Source of the DNA: a virus
Direction: 5' to 3' (one strand)
DNA length: 64,000 nt
Virus record (IMG/VR): IMGVR_UViG_3300023223_000479
Shown: positions 52,520 through 62,661 of the stretch, in pieces
Numbering within the stretch: position 1 is the stretch's first letter
How the letters are laid out: each line of letters starts with the position of its first letter
The notes under the pieces: generated by a model
Seen by the model: the letters and a program-made list of their open reading frames with translations, nothing else
Database searches by the model: none
What the model was told of the DNA's origin: nothing
Made by a program: the position numbers and the translations under genes

Positions 52520-52724
52520 TATGAAAACACAATATAGTATTACTATCCCTATCGACCATCCTAAGCCTAGAGAGTATTTGTATCTTTTACATGAGGCAAT
52601 AGGTCAGGTTATGATCCTGGTATTCGAGCGGAGAAAACTTGATTTAGAGGCTTATGAGACTGACTCCTTAGGTACTTTAACAGACTTACAATTGAGGATT
52701 GCTAAACAATTATTCGAGAAATAA
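52520..52724 (+). CDS. Hypothetical protein divergent from the XRE gene (probable start MKTQY)
   Basis: ORF track 52443-52724; first ATG at 52520. Confidence 0.55.
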
Positions 52725-52778
52725 GTAGAGTTTATTTGTAGGGAAATGGGGCTATGGAGGTAGTCCCGTTTTTATTTG

Positions 52779-53383
52779 TCAGGGTGTAAATGGGATTCTC
52801 TCAACGATCAACTCTTCATTCTCCCAAACCTTATTATTCCTATGCCGGTATTCAATACTGTATTTCTCAGGTAGGTATTGGGGGTAGGTGTCTGTGAATT
52901 TCTTTAACGAACGAAAGCCCTCCTTTGATTCGGAAGGCTTCCACTGGATAAGGATTTGGGTTGAATTCATGATCGGTATTTATTTGACGGTTACAAATCT
53001 ATTTGCAGGCCATGAGCTAAATGATCCGTTCATAATTGTAATTCCTTGGAGCGTTACCAGATCGTAATATTTGGCCCCTGACTGATACCATGTTCCCGCT
53101 ACGATTGCTTGTAAGTCTTGCGTTTTGTGTGATACTGTTTTCATCTTTATTTTTAGGTGAGTATCCGTTAAAATGGGCGAAGGTTCATTTTTTGCATTAA
53201 CACCAAGTCGCGCTTTAAGCTTGTGATCATGTACCTGATTGCAAACATTCTCTTGTTAAGGCGAGGATGAAGTTTATTTTTAATCCCTTCGTTCCATTGG
53301 TCGATGAGTTCGTTAATTCTTGTTACTACTTTACTTTGTGATTGTGTGAATGCGTTCATAATCTTTTTCGTTTGGTATACCAC
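52779..53383 (-). other. Three small genes (52779-52970, a 54-aa MKTVSHK... ORF at about 52980-53144, 53168-about 53359)
   Basis: Co-directional operon with a TATATTTG box at 53383-53390. Confidence 0.55.
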
Positions 53384-53507
53384 AAATATATGCGTAATAA
53401 TTGTAATAACCTAGTACTATTTACAATTATGTTAATAATAGTTGTAAATGTTGCGGTATGGTAACGACTCCGTTTTTATTTGTCAATTCTTCATCGTCTT
53501 TTATTGA

Positions 53508-54206
53508 TTACCCTACATATCTAAATAATCTTTCTACTACAGGCTTACCCTCCTCAAGCCTTAAAACAGATTTCATCTCCATCTCCCAAACACACTCAAA
53601 ATCATCAGGAGCATTATATTCAGATATAAATACTATATGGCCCTCCCTAGTCTTTTGTCTGCACCATTCCCAAAATCTAATACCATCAAACTTTGAAACA
53701 TTATATTCAGTAGTTCCTTTATAGGGAGGATCACAATAAATGATAGACTTTTCCGGTATATATAATCTATCGTATTGTCTATAACCTAGCTGTACTCCTT
53801 GCAGTTTTCTCGATTGTCTAACAGCAGCTTTATAGCCAGATTTTATATAATCCTTACCCTTTGAATCTCTTCTCCATCCTCCAAAATACTTACCTCCAAA
53901 ACTTAAATGAAATCCGTAATATCCTTTCATACCAGGATCTTTAGAGGATTTCATTTGATGGTAAATCCCCTCATTTGTATCTGCATTAGATTTAGGTAAC
54001 TCATCAAGCCTATCTCGGATTGTTTCTAATGCTTTTATTGCGTAGAAATTGCTGTCCCCTCCTATACGATTACCGGAAACCTTATCAATCATATTTCCAC
54101 CACCCACAAAAGGCTCAACATAAAATTGTCTATAACCCCTTCTCTCTTTTAGGATTATCTTTAATATATGTTTCGCCAATTTTGTCTTACTCCCCATGTA
54201 TATCAT
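53508..54206 (-). CDS. D12-class N6-adenine DNA methyltransferase (Dam-like)
   Basis: YMGSK, YVEPFVGGG and IYCDPPY motifs. Confidence 0.88.
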   Translation of the reverse strand: MIYMGSKTKLAKHILKIILKERRGYRQFYVEPFVGGGNMIDKVSGNRIGGDSNFYAIKALETIRDRLDELPKSNADTNEGIYHQMKSSKDPGMKGYYGFHLSFGGKYFGGWRRDSKGKDYIKSGYKAAVRQSRKLQGVQLGYRQYDRLYIPEKSIIYCDPPYKGTTEYNVSKFDGIRFWEWCRQKTREGHIVFISEYNAPDDFECVWEMEMKSVLRLEEGKPVVERLFRYVG

Positions 54207-54670
54207 ATACCAATATAACCTCCCTGATTCCCGCTGTCAAGAATACAACAAAACCTTACCTTATACTAAATTCTAAATACTATCCAAATTTATTTTTGAC
54301 TCAGGACTTTTAATGTGTAGCTTCGTACCGTTACACTCTTACAAAATGGGGCAAAGAAAAACCCCTAAGGACTTCAGATCCGAAGGGGTGTAAAAAATTT
54401 ACAAAGTACCTCAAAGGTACTGATTGCTAATGTTATATCCTAACTATGAATATATTCAAAGACAGTAAAGCTATGCCCAAAAAGTACCTTAAAAATCACT
54501 ATAAAACCCGCAATTATTAGCTATCAATTGCTCTTGTTTTACTCCCTCAAATTCTCTGTATTTCAGCCTTTGTTTTTGACAAAAGGTGTCAAGACTCAGA
54601 CGTATATTATAGTAGATTAAAAATCGAAAGCGAGGCTCCGAGTCGAAACTTTGCCCCGCTTTCTCAACAA

Positions 54671-55960
54671 ATGAATGTTATGATCAAGATAGTCAAATCT
54701 AACCGTAAAGTAAGCCCCTTCAGCGGAATCTCTTTTGTTATCAATGAGATTGAAAAAGCCTATATACCCGCACTCATTGATAACTCATTTCCTAAACGTC
54801 ACGGCAGTAGCAAGTACGGATATGCTGATGCAATTCTCTCCCTGATTTATGGTACAATATGCGGGGCTGATAGATTGGATGATTATGCCTCTCTAAAAGG
54901 TAAACTCAACGATTCCTCCCTTAATATTCCCTCTCCTGTATCGTTGGGTAGGATCATGAAAGAGAAACTTAAAACCTCTAATACTGTAGTAGGTAATCAC
55001 ACCATCAACATCAACGAAAGACTCAACGAGTTACTATTGGATATAGCCGTTTCTTTGGGTCAACTCAACGTGAATAACAAATACATTTTAGATTATGATA
55101 ATACCTGCATCCCTTGTGAGAAAGAGGATTCAGATTGGACCTATTTGAAATTTAGAGGGTATCAACCAGGAGTATCCTTTATAGGTCAGATTCCAGTTTA
55201 TATTGAAGGTATGAACGGGAACAATAACGCTAAGTTCGATCAGACCAATACATTAAAGCGCACCCTCTCAAATCTCAAACGGAAAGGAATACAAGTTAAA
55301 GTATTTCGGGCTGATGCTGCCAGTTATCAAAGTGAAATATTTGAGTTAATGACAGAGGAAAACATAACTATTTTTGTACGGGCTGAAAATAATCCTGATC
55401 TGATGGACTTCATAAAATACCACAGATCTAACGCATGGGATACTGTAACGCTGAAATACGACACCTTTGAAATATGTAGCTTTGAATACACACCTTTCAG
55501 CGCACAAAAGAGCTATAGAAAAAACCAGAAAGAATACAGGATAGTTACAGCCCGCAGACCAAGAGCAGATGGTAAGCCACATCATATAACAGGAGAGCCT
55601 TACGTATATCGTTCAATCATTACCGACGACCAAAACATATCAGACTTAGAGGTGATTGCGACCTATAACCAACGTGGCGCAATCGAAAGGAACTTCGATG
55701 TTCTTAATAATGATTGGAACTGGAATAAGCTCCCATTCTCTTTCCTCAGTGAGAATACAGCCTTTATGATCATTACCGCTATGGGGTTAGTTATGTACAA
55801 GTATATCGTTGAGTTATTTGCTGATAGGGTGGATTGGATTGAGGAAACAGATAGGCTAAAGAGGTTTCGGTATAACGTTATATCAGTAGCAGGAGAATGG
55901 GAAGGGGATACTCTTATGATACACGATGAGAGTAGACCCTGGGAGCAGCTTGTGGGGTGA
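54671..55960 (+). mobile_element. IS1380-family transposase (DDE_Tnp_1_4)
   Basis: SPFSGISF N-terminus, LDYDNT, GYQPG, RADAASY and YNQRGAIERNFD match Bacteroidota IS1380 transposases; 429 aa, intact. Element ends not identified. Confidence 0.88.
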
Positions 55961-56080
55961 TATAAGGAACTATATTTGAGAGTAAATGGTTAGGAGATAG
56001 ATACCTCCTTTTTTATTGAACCCCCATTACTTTATCTAAATTCCTTATCATGGTTTAACCTGCTTTCAGTATATTGGAAT

Positions 56081-56305
56081 ATGTCTTTATCAGAATCAGA
56101 AATTAGAGTATTAATTCAAAATCTAAAATGCCCAGATCATGGAAGCAATATAAACTTTAGCCTTACCCCCAAAATTGAGATTCATATCTATCAGAATAAG
56201 CCAGAAGTTATAATAAATAGTAAGGATGTTTGCTGCATAAGATTCTCCCTAATAATCCGCGAAAAAGTAGACCTAGCCCTAAAATCTAGCTTTGAACAGG
56301 GATAA
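56081..56305 (+). CDS. Hypothetical protein (CPDH...CC)
   Basis: 74-aa ORF downstream of the transposase. Confidence 0.5.
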   Translation: MSLSESEIRVLIQNLKCPDHGSNINFSLTPKIEIHIYQNKPEVIINSKDVCCIRFSLIIREKVDLALKSSFEQG

Positions 56306-56534
56306 TAATAACACTTTCCTTATAATCTTCTGTTTGCTTGTATCTATGGGCATCATGAACTACCAAAGTAATATGGCCCTTATGGGTATGATCACCAATT
56401 GTATATTCTACATATCCATTATCAAATATTTTTATATCTGGCTTTAACCCATATATATCCTTGGCTTCGTATAGGAGTTTGGGTGTTGATTCTTCCTTGG
56501 TATTCCTAATATCTTTTTCTTCTGTATGTCCCAT
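56286..56534 (-). CDS. Hypothetical protein
   Basis: 82-aa ORF. Confidence 0.55.
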   Translation of the reverse strand: MGHTEEKDIRNTKEESTPKLLYEAKDIYGLKPDIKIFDNGYVEYTIGDHTHKGHITLVVHDAHRYKQTEDYKESVIIIPVQS

Positions 56535-56677
56535 TTTATATTGCTTTTGTTGGGGTAATTAAGGATGCTTGTGAGGAATTAATTACATTTATTATTATCT
56601 CAATCAGGAATGACTATTGTTCGTTAGAGAAGCTTATTATTTGAAAGATTTAGGTCAAGTAAGGCATAATACAATTA

Positions 56678-57145
56678 TTAATATTTACAAAGCATATTCC
56701 TGGTTTTAGGACCATGCTCTAGGTACTTATCCCACTTTACCCATCCTAACTTAGTCTCAAACCCCCAATCCCTCTTAGATCTACCCATAATAACAAAAGT
56801 AATTACAGGCTTAATTTGATGTTGGGGTAACACTACCCTATGCAAACTCTTGGACCGCCTATAAGCTATACTCAAAAATCCTCTAGTACTGGGTACGGTA
56901 TTTACCGTATGTTTTTTCCTACGGTACTCAATATACTCACCCCTCAATACTATAGATAAAAAGCTCCAAGGATGATCATGCAAACACCTATCCCCATCAC
57001 TTCTATATATCCAATGAATACAAAAAGAAAGTATAGGTGTTTTTAACACGGTCCTCCTATATAAATATATATCATCTCCTTCCTTTACTACCATCTTCTG
57101 CCATAATGCCCACCTTTTCCACCAGAACTTTTCATTTTTACTCAT
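56678..57145 (-). CDS. Cupin-like phage protein (start MSKNEK)
   Basis: CLHDHPWSFLSIVLRGEYIEY...HRV motif; TATCTTTG box 3 nt upstream of ATG 57145. Confidence 0.65.
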   Translation of the reverse strand: MSKNEKFWWKRWALWQKMVVKEGDDIYLYRRTVLKTPILSFCIHWIYRSDGDRCLHDHPWSFLSIVLRGEYIEYRRKKHTVNTVPSTRGFLSIAYRRSKSLHRVVLPQHQIKPVITFVIMGRSKRDWGFETKLGWVKWDKYLEHGPKTRNMLCKY

Positions 57146-57171
57146 ACTCAAAGATACAAAAATTAAGGGTA

Positions 57172-59194
57172 TCAATAAAGGGGAGGCGTCCAAAAGCCTA
57201 AGGCAAACCATCCCCACTGTATCACCCCCTCATAATCACATACCACATAATCCTTATTTGCATTAGCCTTAATACAGCAATCCTCAGCATAACTATATAA
57301 CACTCTATAACTTTTCCACTTGCTCCTATGACCCTTAACTAAAGAGTTTATCTGTCCCTGACCATCTCCATAAATTAAACCTCCATCTGCCAAATAGGGC
57401 TTTAAAGCCAAATCTTTAAACTTATTATCCAATACATAAAACCTATCAGGAGCCTCGATCAACTCAACATGCAAATCTATAGTACGGGTGGTGTCGCTAC
57501 TTGTTCTGTATAACCTGAAATGGTCTAACCAGGAAAGTATTACCCTATCTCTACCCAGAGAATAACCATAATCCTGTAGCACCTTAACCTGGATACCTGC
57601 TATATCTATCAGTGATATACCATAATTCTTTAATAGTTTCCTAGCTCTCCAATTCCACCCATCTCTCATACTCCTACTTATCCAAATCTCTTTGGGTAGT
57701 CCTTTCTTCTTTACTAAAGCTGTTATACGTTTAACTGTAAACATAATTTAATCCTCTCCGAATGAATGAAACAACTGCTCAGTAACTAACCTATCATTAA
57801 CTATCTTAAGCGTTTTACAAAGTTGCTCCGCTGTGAAATTAGATCTTTTTATAGATTCTAACATCTTCCTCACATTCAATGCCTCAGCTACATACTCTAT
57901 CGGTATTCCCTGCCTTAAACACTCACACACATTATTATCCTCAATCATAAGCTGTAAAAATTTTACACCTATATAAATTTAAGAACAGCAGATATACCCT
58001 CTACACTTCCAAACATAACCTCATAAGATAACGTCTGAGTAAAAAAACCGTTCTGCTTCAAATACCACGTACCCCTAGTACATGTAAAAAACACTCCCTG
58101 GGATTTTACCCTAACCCTATATTTAATATTGATCTCTTCTATAGTCATGCTATTCCACTACTTTAAAATTACCTCTACTACATGATTTATCGGGGTCATT
58201 GGATAACTCTACATCACTAGGCCAATCAAAGCATAGTTCCTCATCCGGCATAGCATCATTTACTATCAACTCTACGGTATCCGATTTTAAAGTACTCAAT
58301 ACTTTCTCCCCTCCTGGTAGTACCATTCCAGGCATCACCCCCAACGGTATACTACCCTCACTCTTTTTGAAATACTTCATAAGCGTTTTAGTATTGGCCG
58401 TAACCCTATCCGGTATACCTCGCTCATGAACTATCTTAGCCAACCTCCTAACTACTATATTATCGCTCATGCCCCTACATTAAGTACCAATGCTATATCT
58501 CTGAATCCGCCTATGCTCTTACCCAATATAGCTACCTCAGCATCATGAGGATTGCTTATTCCCAACTTCATACATCCAAACCCATTTAAGCCGTACTGCA
58601 CTCCTTTTATCTCCACCACAGGCATATCTCTAATAGGATGCTTTAACTCCACCACAGCCTCTTTAAACGGCCAAATATTGCCAAATTCATTCCTAGTTAA
58701 AAGAATACTATCTAAGGTAGATGCTCTCTCTATATATTTATCAAATACATTCATAATTATAGATCAGGGTGTACCCTGCAAATTAAAGACGTTAGATTAA
58801 CCACAAAACACGTATCCTCTCCCTCTTTCATATCGAAATTAGCTGTACCCTGCCAATAAGATACAAACCCACTCTCATAAATAGCAGCATATACTTTAAG
58901 CCCTATACCTTTTTCTCCGAAAGAAGATAGCACCATTTTAGTAGAATCCTTTATAGCCTGATAATGACCTATAGGATAATTACCAAACCGCTCAGGATGT
59001 CCTCTGAACTTCTTTAGATCAAACCCTAATTGATTCATTCGGGTAAGTAATAGCAAAAATACTACCTCCTCAAAGCAATAATTACCTCTAGTAGATTTAC
59101 TATCTAGCTTATCAAATATCCTACGTATTCTCCAATTACTAAGCTGAGATATATTTACACCTACCTTACTAAGATCCTGTAATTTATATATCAT
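57172..59194 (-). other. Hypothetical genes 57172-57744, 57748-57948, about 57969-58148, 58150-58470, 58467-58754, 58757-59194
   Basis: Coupled co-directional ORFs. Confidence 0.6.
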
Positions 59195-59360
59195 TTTGTT
59201 ATCGTAAAAGTAATACGCTTTCCGGCAAACCTATCAACCTTAACCCTCATTCGTAATATCTTACAATGCATTATAATTACTCTCCTCTGGTCCTTAGTTA
59301 ATTTACTAAGCCTCATCCTCTCATATAACTTACATTGCTTCTCTACCAAATACAACATAC

Positions 59361-60983
59361 TCATACTATCATAATATTATTCCTACTCGCCCTGGAGCAG
59401 GAGGTGTACAATAATCTCCTATGATAATCCGCTGATGCCATCGATTTAAACAATGTATTAATATCGTACTCAATCACAAATACAGTATCAAAACTACTAC
59501 CCTGAGATCTATGTGAGGTAGTGGCATGAGCATAAGTAAATTTAGCAAACACTTTTTGTAAATCATAATATTGACCCCATGCTATTCTAGCCTCATTTTT
59601 CTCCTTTGCAAACTTATGTTTTATTGCCTTCTGCCGCCACTCCTCTATAAATGCCTCAAACTCTGCCAACTCGGAAGGAAACAATATCTTACACGATGAG
59701 GGTAATATATCTCCCGTTCTATCACACTGGTACTCTACCTCAGTGTCGTAGTATCTGAATGTATGGTCCCTACCTATAATATGGGCTTTCGGAAAAGATA
59801 TAGTAGCCTCTATAGGATCTACTACCTTAAGCTCTGTAAAATTAGAGTGCTTAACTACCCTCTCTCCCGTTTCTAAATCTAATTCAAGTATAGGAGATCT
59901 GGTTATTATACTCTCACCTGGAATCAATGTAGGTAATTCCTCTGAATACTGATCCCTATAAATGAGCTTTCTTATTCTATGATTCCACCCCTCCACACAC
60001 TTATTATGATAGGCTATTACCTTAACATAATCGTTATCCTTTTTATAATGCTCACTACCGAAATACTTCAGCAATAGCTCATCTAGTTTATCGTCTCTCC
60101 GATCAATATAATATACTCCTCCTGTATCAGAGGTAATTGTTTTCTTTGGCCTATCTCTGTAGTTAGCTAATCGGATATCTGTAGCCATCGCCAATACAGG
60201 GTTATCCAATGCCTGCCGCATAACAGTGATTAGGTTGGATACTCGTATATCGTGGAATTCATGGTAAGACTGAGCAAATACGGTAGATATTCCCTTAATT
60301 AATCCTTTCTTATTCACTGGAGGTATTTGATCCGAATCACCTACAAATATTAATACTAGATCATCTTTCCAAGATAGTAACTCATCTACCAAAGAAAGAG
60401 CCTCCTTAGAATCTCCCGACTTGCCTAACATACTACACTCATCCACTATCACCACATCAAACCCTCCTATAGGCTCCTGACCCTCCATATACTTGTTAGG
60501 TGCGTATACCTCCTTACCATCCACTATACTAAGCTTTAACCCTAATAGGCTATGTACTGTAGCGTAATGTACTCTCGAATGGCTAGCCATGTTCACCTTA
60601 GCCCTATCATTGCTAAACTCTCTAAATGCATTAGTAAATGGGGATAACTTCCTAGTGATCTTTACAGCCTTATGGGTAGGGCAAATGATAGCTACATTCA
60701 TATTAGTCTTATGCAGCATCAAATGTACCAGCGTGGTTATTAAAGTAGTTTTACCCGTTCCTGCATGACCTAATAACAAATGGGCCTTACCCTCAGTGCC
60801 TTTAAAAAATCTCCTGAGATTATCTAAGGCTATCTTTTGTTCCTGAGTTAGAAAGCCTATATCAGGGTACTCAGATATATCTACCTTCTTAATATCTACC
60901 TTGGGAGCTATAAGCTTTAGGCTGAGTAATTGCTCTATAGGTGTTAGGCTAGATACTTGTGGAATCTTCTTAAGACTAATCAT
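59361..60983 (-). CDS. Dda/RecD-like SF1B helicase
   Basis: GHAGTGKT, PTHKA, IVDECSM, VGDSDQIPPV, YAHATTSHRSQGSSFD and LYTSCSRA. Start 60983 is favoured by the promoter box 3 nt upstream. Confidence 0.9.
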   Translation of the reverse strand: MISLKKIPQVSSLTPIEQLLSLKLIAPKVDIKKVDISEYPDIGFLTQEQKIALDNLRRFFKGTEGKAHLLLGHAGTGKTTLITTLVHLMLHKTNMNVAIICPTHKAVKITRKLSPFTNAFREFSNDRAKVNMASHSRVHYATVHSLLGLKLSIVDGKEVYAPNKYMEGQEPIGGFDVVIVDECSMLGKSGDSKEALSLVDELLSWKDDLVLIFVGDSDQIPPVNKKGLIKGISTVFAQSYHEFHDIRVSNLITVMRQALDNPVLAMATDIRLANYRDRPKKTITSDTGGVYYIDRRDDKLDELLLKYFGSEHYKKDNDYVKVIAYHNKCVEGWNHRIRKLIYRDQYSEELPTLIPGESIITRSPILELDLETGERVVKHSNFTELKVVDPIEATISFPKAHIIGRDHTFRYYDTEVEYQCDRTGDILPSSCKILFPSELAEFEAFIEEWRQKAIKHKFAKEKNEARIAWGQYYDLQKVFAKFTYAHATTSHRSQGSSFDTVFVIEYDINTLFKSMASADYHRRLLYTSCSRASRNNIMIV

Positions 60984-61053
60984 ACTCAAATATACCTACA
61001 ATAGATTATTAAGGCAAAGGTGTAAAATTTTTACAAAGTATTTTAGGTGGAGG

Positions 61054-61098
61054 CTTGTGTGGTAAATATAAAAAGCTTACCTTTATGTTATAACAAAA
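61054..61098 (+). repeat. 45-bp promoter/leader element identical to 11661-11705
   Basis: Exact inverted copy about 49 kb away, again next to a palindrome. Confidence 0.92.
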
Positions 61099-61109
61099 AA
61101 GAAAAAGAA

Positions 61110-61325
61110 ATGAAAACTTCAAAAATAACCGCCGGAACTTACAGCATCACAACAGCAAACGGAAAAGTATTTGTAGCACGTAAAGGAAAAAACGGGTTTT
61201 GGAGTTTGTTTAACTGTAAAGATTCAGATTCGACTCATGAAGATAACTGGCAAGATACCTACAACTCCTTGAAAGAATGTAAGTTAGAGGCAGAAAGATT
61301 CTCTAAGTTTGACCACACTAACTAA
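61110..61325 (+). CDS. Small protein in an inverted single-gene block (start MKTSK)
   Basis: Promoter, gene and terminator lie between palindromes 61021 and 61389. Confidence 0.75.
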   Translation: MKTSKITAGTYSITTANGKVFVARKGKNGFWSLFNCKDSDSTHEDNWQDTYNSLKECKLEAERFSKFDHTN

Positions 61326-61344
61326 AATAAAATAGCATAACAAC

Positions 61345-61372
61345 AAAGAAAGCCGGATCAATCCGGCTTTTT
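61345..61372. terminator. Bidirectional terminator
   Basis: AAGCCGGAT-CA-ATCCGGCTT with A-rich and T-rich flanks between convergent genes. Confidence 0.8.
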
Positions 61373-61404
61373 GTATTTTCCACTGATCTGTAAAATTTTT
61401 ACAC

Positions 61405-61767
61405 CTACGAAGTCTTCGCAAAGATCTTCACAAATGCTACAAACTTAACCGCTACGTTCGTTAGTAAGTCCTGACCATTTTTAAGGTTATGATCCAATCT
61501 CTCAAGTATCGCCCATGAATCTACGGTATTTGCTAACTTATAATCAGCCGTTAGCTTAGTGATAATGGCCGTATTGATCTCAGCCATTATATTAGTGAAG
61601 GTAGTAGTCTCTGTAGCATTCTCTACCGTTGCACGGGGAATATCTATAATAAGCTCCTTAGCCTCATACTCATCATCTGTGAACTCAACTACAGCAGCAG
61701 GAATAAACCCCTCTGGGATCAATTCTGGAGGTATACCTAATTTAGTTCCGTTGTGATTTAAAGCCAT
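61405..61767 (-). CDS. Putative virion protein, paralog of 61773-62147
   Basis: Shared pattern NGTK.G.P..LIP...P.V..F......K......P.A.VENA. Confidence 0.7.
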   Translation of the reverse strand: MALNHNGTKLGIPPELIPEGFIPAAVVEFTDDEYEAKELIIDIPRATVENATETTTFTNIMAEINTAIITKLTADYKLANTVDSWAILERLDHNLKNGQDLLTNVAVKFVAFVKIFAKTS

Positions 61768-61772
61768 TATGA

Positions 61773-62147
61773 TTAATTAATTTTTACAAAGTATGTTATA
61801 TGACAATGATATACGAGTGCAACATCTGTATACCTCTCCTCAACTGTATTAAAGTTGTTCTCAATCCTGGTTAACACCCCATGAGCATCTATATCTGAAA
61901 CAATAAAATCTACATCTGCACTAATAAACGCTGATATATCCCCGTTCAATTGAGCAAATAAAGCATCCATTGTTAAGCCTGCATCAGCATTCTCCACCCC
62001 TGCCTTAGGCACATCAAATAATGCATCCTTCTTACTATACGTAGAATCTACCTCATCAAAGGTAGTAACAGTAGGTAGTGTATGAGTGATAGGTATTAAA
62101 GAATTAGGTAATCCATTCTTAGTACCATCATAATTAAATACGCCCAT
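61773..62147 (-). CDS. Putative virion protein, paralog of 61405-61767
   Basis: Same shared pattern as its neighbour. Confidence 0.7.
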   Translation of the reverse strand: MGVFNYDGTKNGLPNSLIPITHTLPTVTTFDEVDSTYSKKDALFDVPKAGVENADAGLTMDALFAQLNGDISAFISADVDFIVSDIDAHGVLTRIENNFNTVEERYTDVALVYHCHITYFVKIN

Positions 62148-62212
62148 TGATATCTATATTAATATTTTTTAGAAAAACAAATATAATAATTTTATATCTG
62201 ATTATCAAACTT

Positions 62213-62653
62213 TTATAAGACAGTTATAATAACCCCTGCTGACTCCTTATCTATTACGACCTGAGGATCAACTACAGGTACTATATGTTTGTAGTCGTCG
62301 TCCGGTATCCAGGCTACCCTATCACTGTATCCTGGATGTTTTTTATCTAGGTGCTTATACTTTTGCCCTGACATACAATCTAAGAGGGTTTCGATAGGGT
62401 TCACAAAATCAAACCTCCTCTTATCCGTTCTTATAAACTTAAATTTAATATGTAGAGGATACGGCTTATCCTTGGTTAAGTTTTGAAACACTTTCTTATG
62501 CTTAACCCAATACTTAAGAGTAGCGGATATATACTCCTTAACCCGCTTATTATCTACCAACTTAGGAAACTTACCCGCCCGTACTATCTCCTTACCATTC
62601 TTAGCAGAGGGTACATTTCCAGGTATGTATATTTGATTGTCCTTTAATTCCAT
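62213..62653 (-). CDS. RusA-like Holliday junction resolvase
   Basis: IPGNVPSAKNG...RRFDFVNPIETLLDCM...WIPDDD. Confidence 0.7.
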   Translation of the reverse strand: MELKDNQIYIPGNVPSAKNGKEIVRAGKFPKLVDNKRVKEYISATLKYWVKHKKVFQNLTKDKPYPLHIKFKFIRTDKRRFDFVNPIETLLDCMSGQKYKHLDKKHPGYSDRVAWIPDDDYKHIVPVVDPQVVIDKESAGVIITVL

Positions 62654-62661
62654 AGTCCTAT

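Larger units (their letters stand above)
3980..60994 (-). promoter_or_regulatory. Bacteroidota-type sigma70 -7 boxes (TAnnTTTG and variants TAnnTTTA, TATATTGG)
   Basis: Examples at 3980, 8024, 15063, 26382, 29775, 30190, 32033, 35033, 36145, 38882, 44235, 51063, 51605, 53383, 54210, 57149, 60987, all upstream of gene starts. TTGACA lies upstream of those at 51063 and 54210. Confidence 0.8.

Noticed and set aside
54480-56080. Terminal inverted repeats for the IS1380 element
   Set aside because: No matching left/right end pair could be identified by eye; only the transposase ORF is reported.
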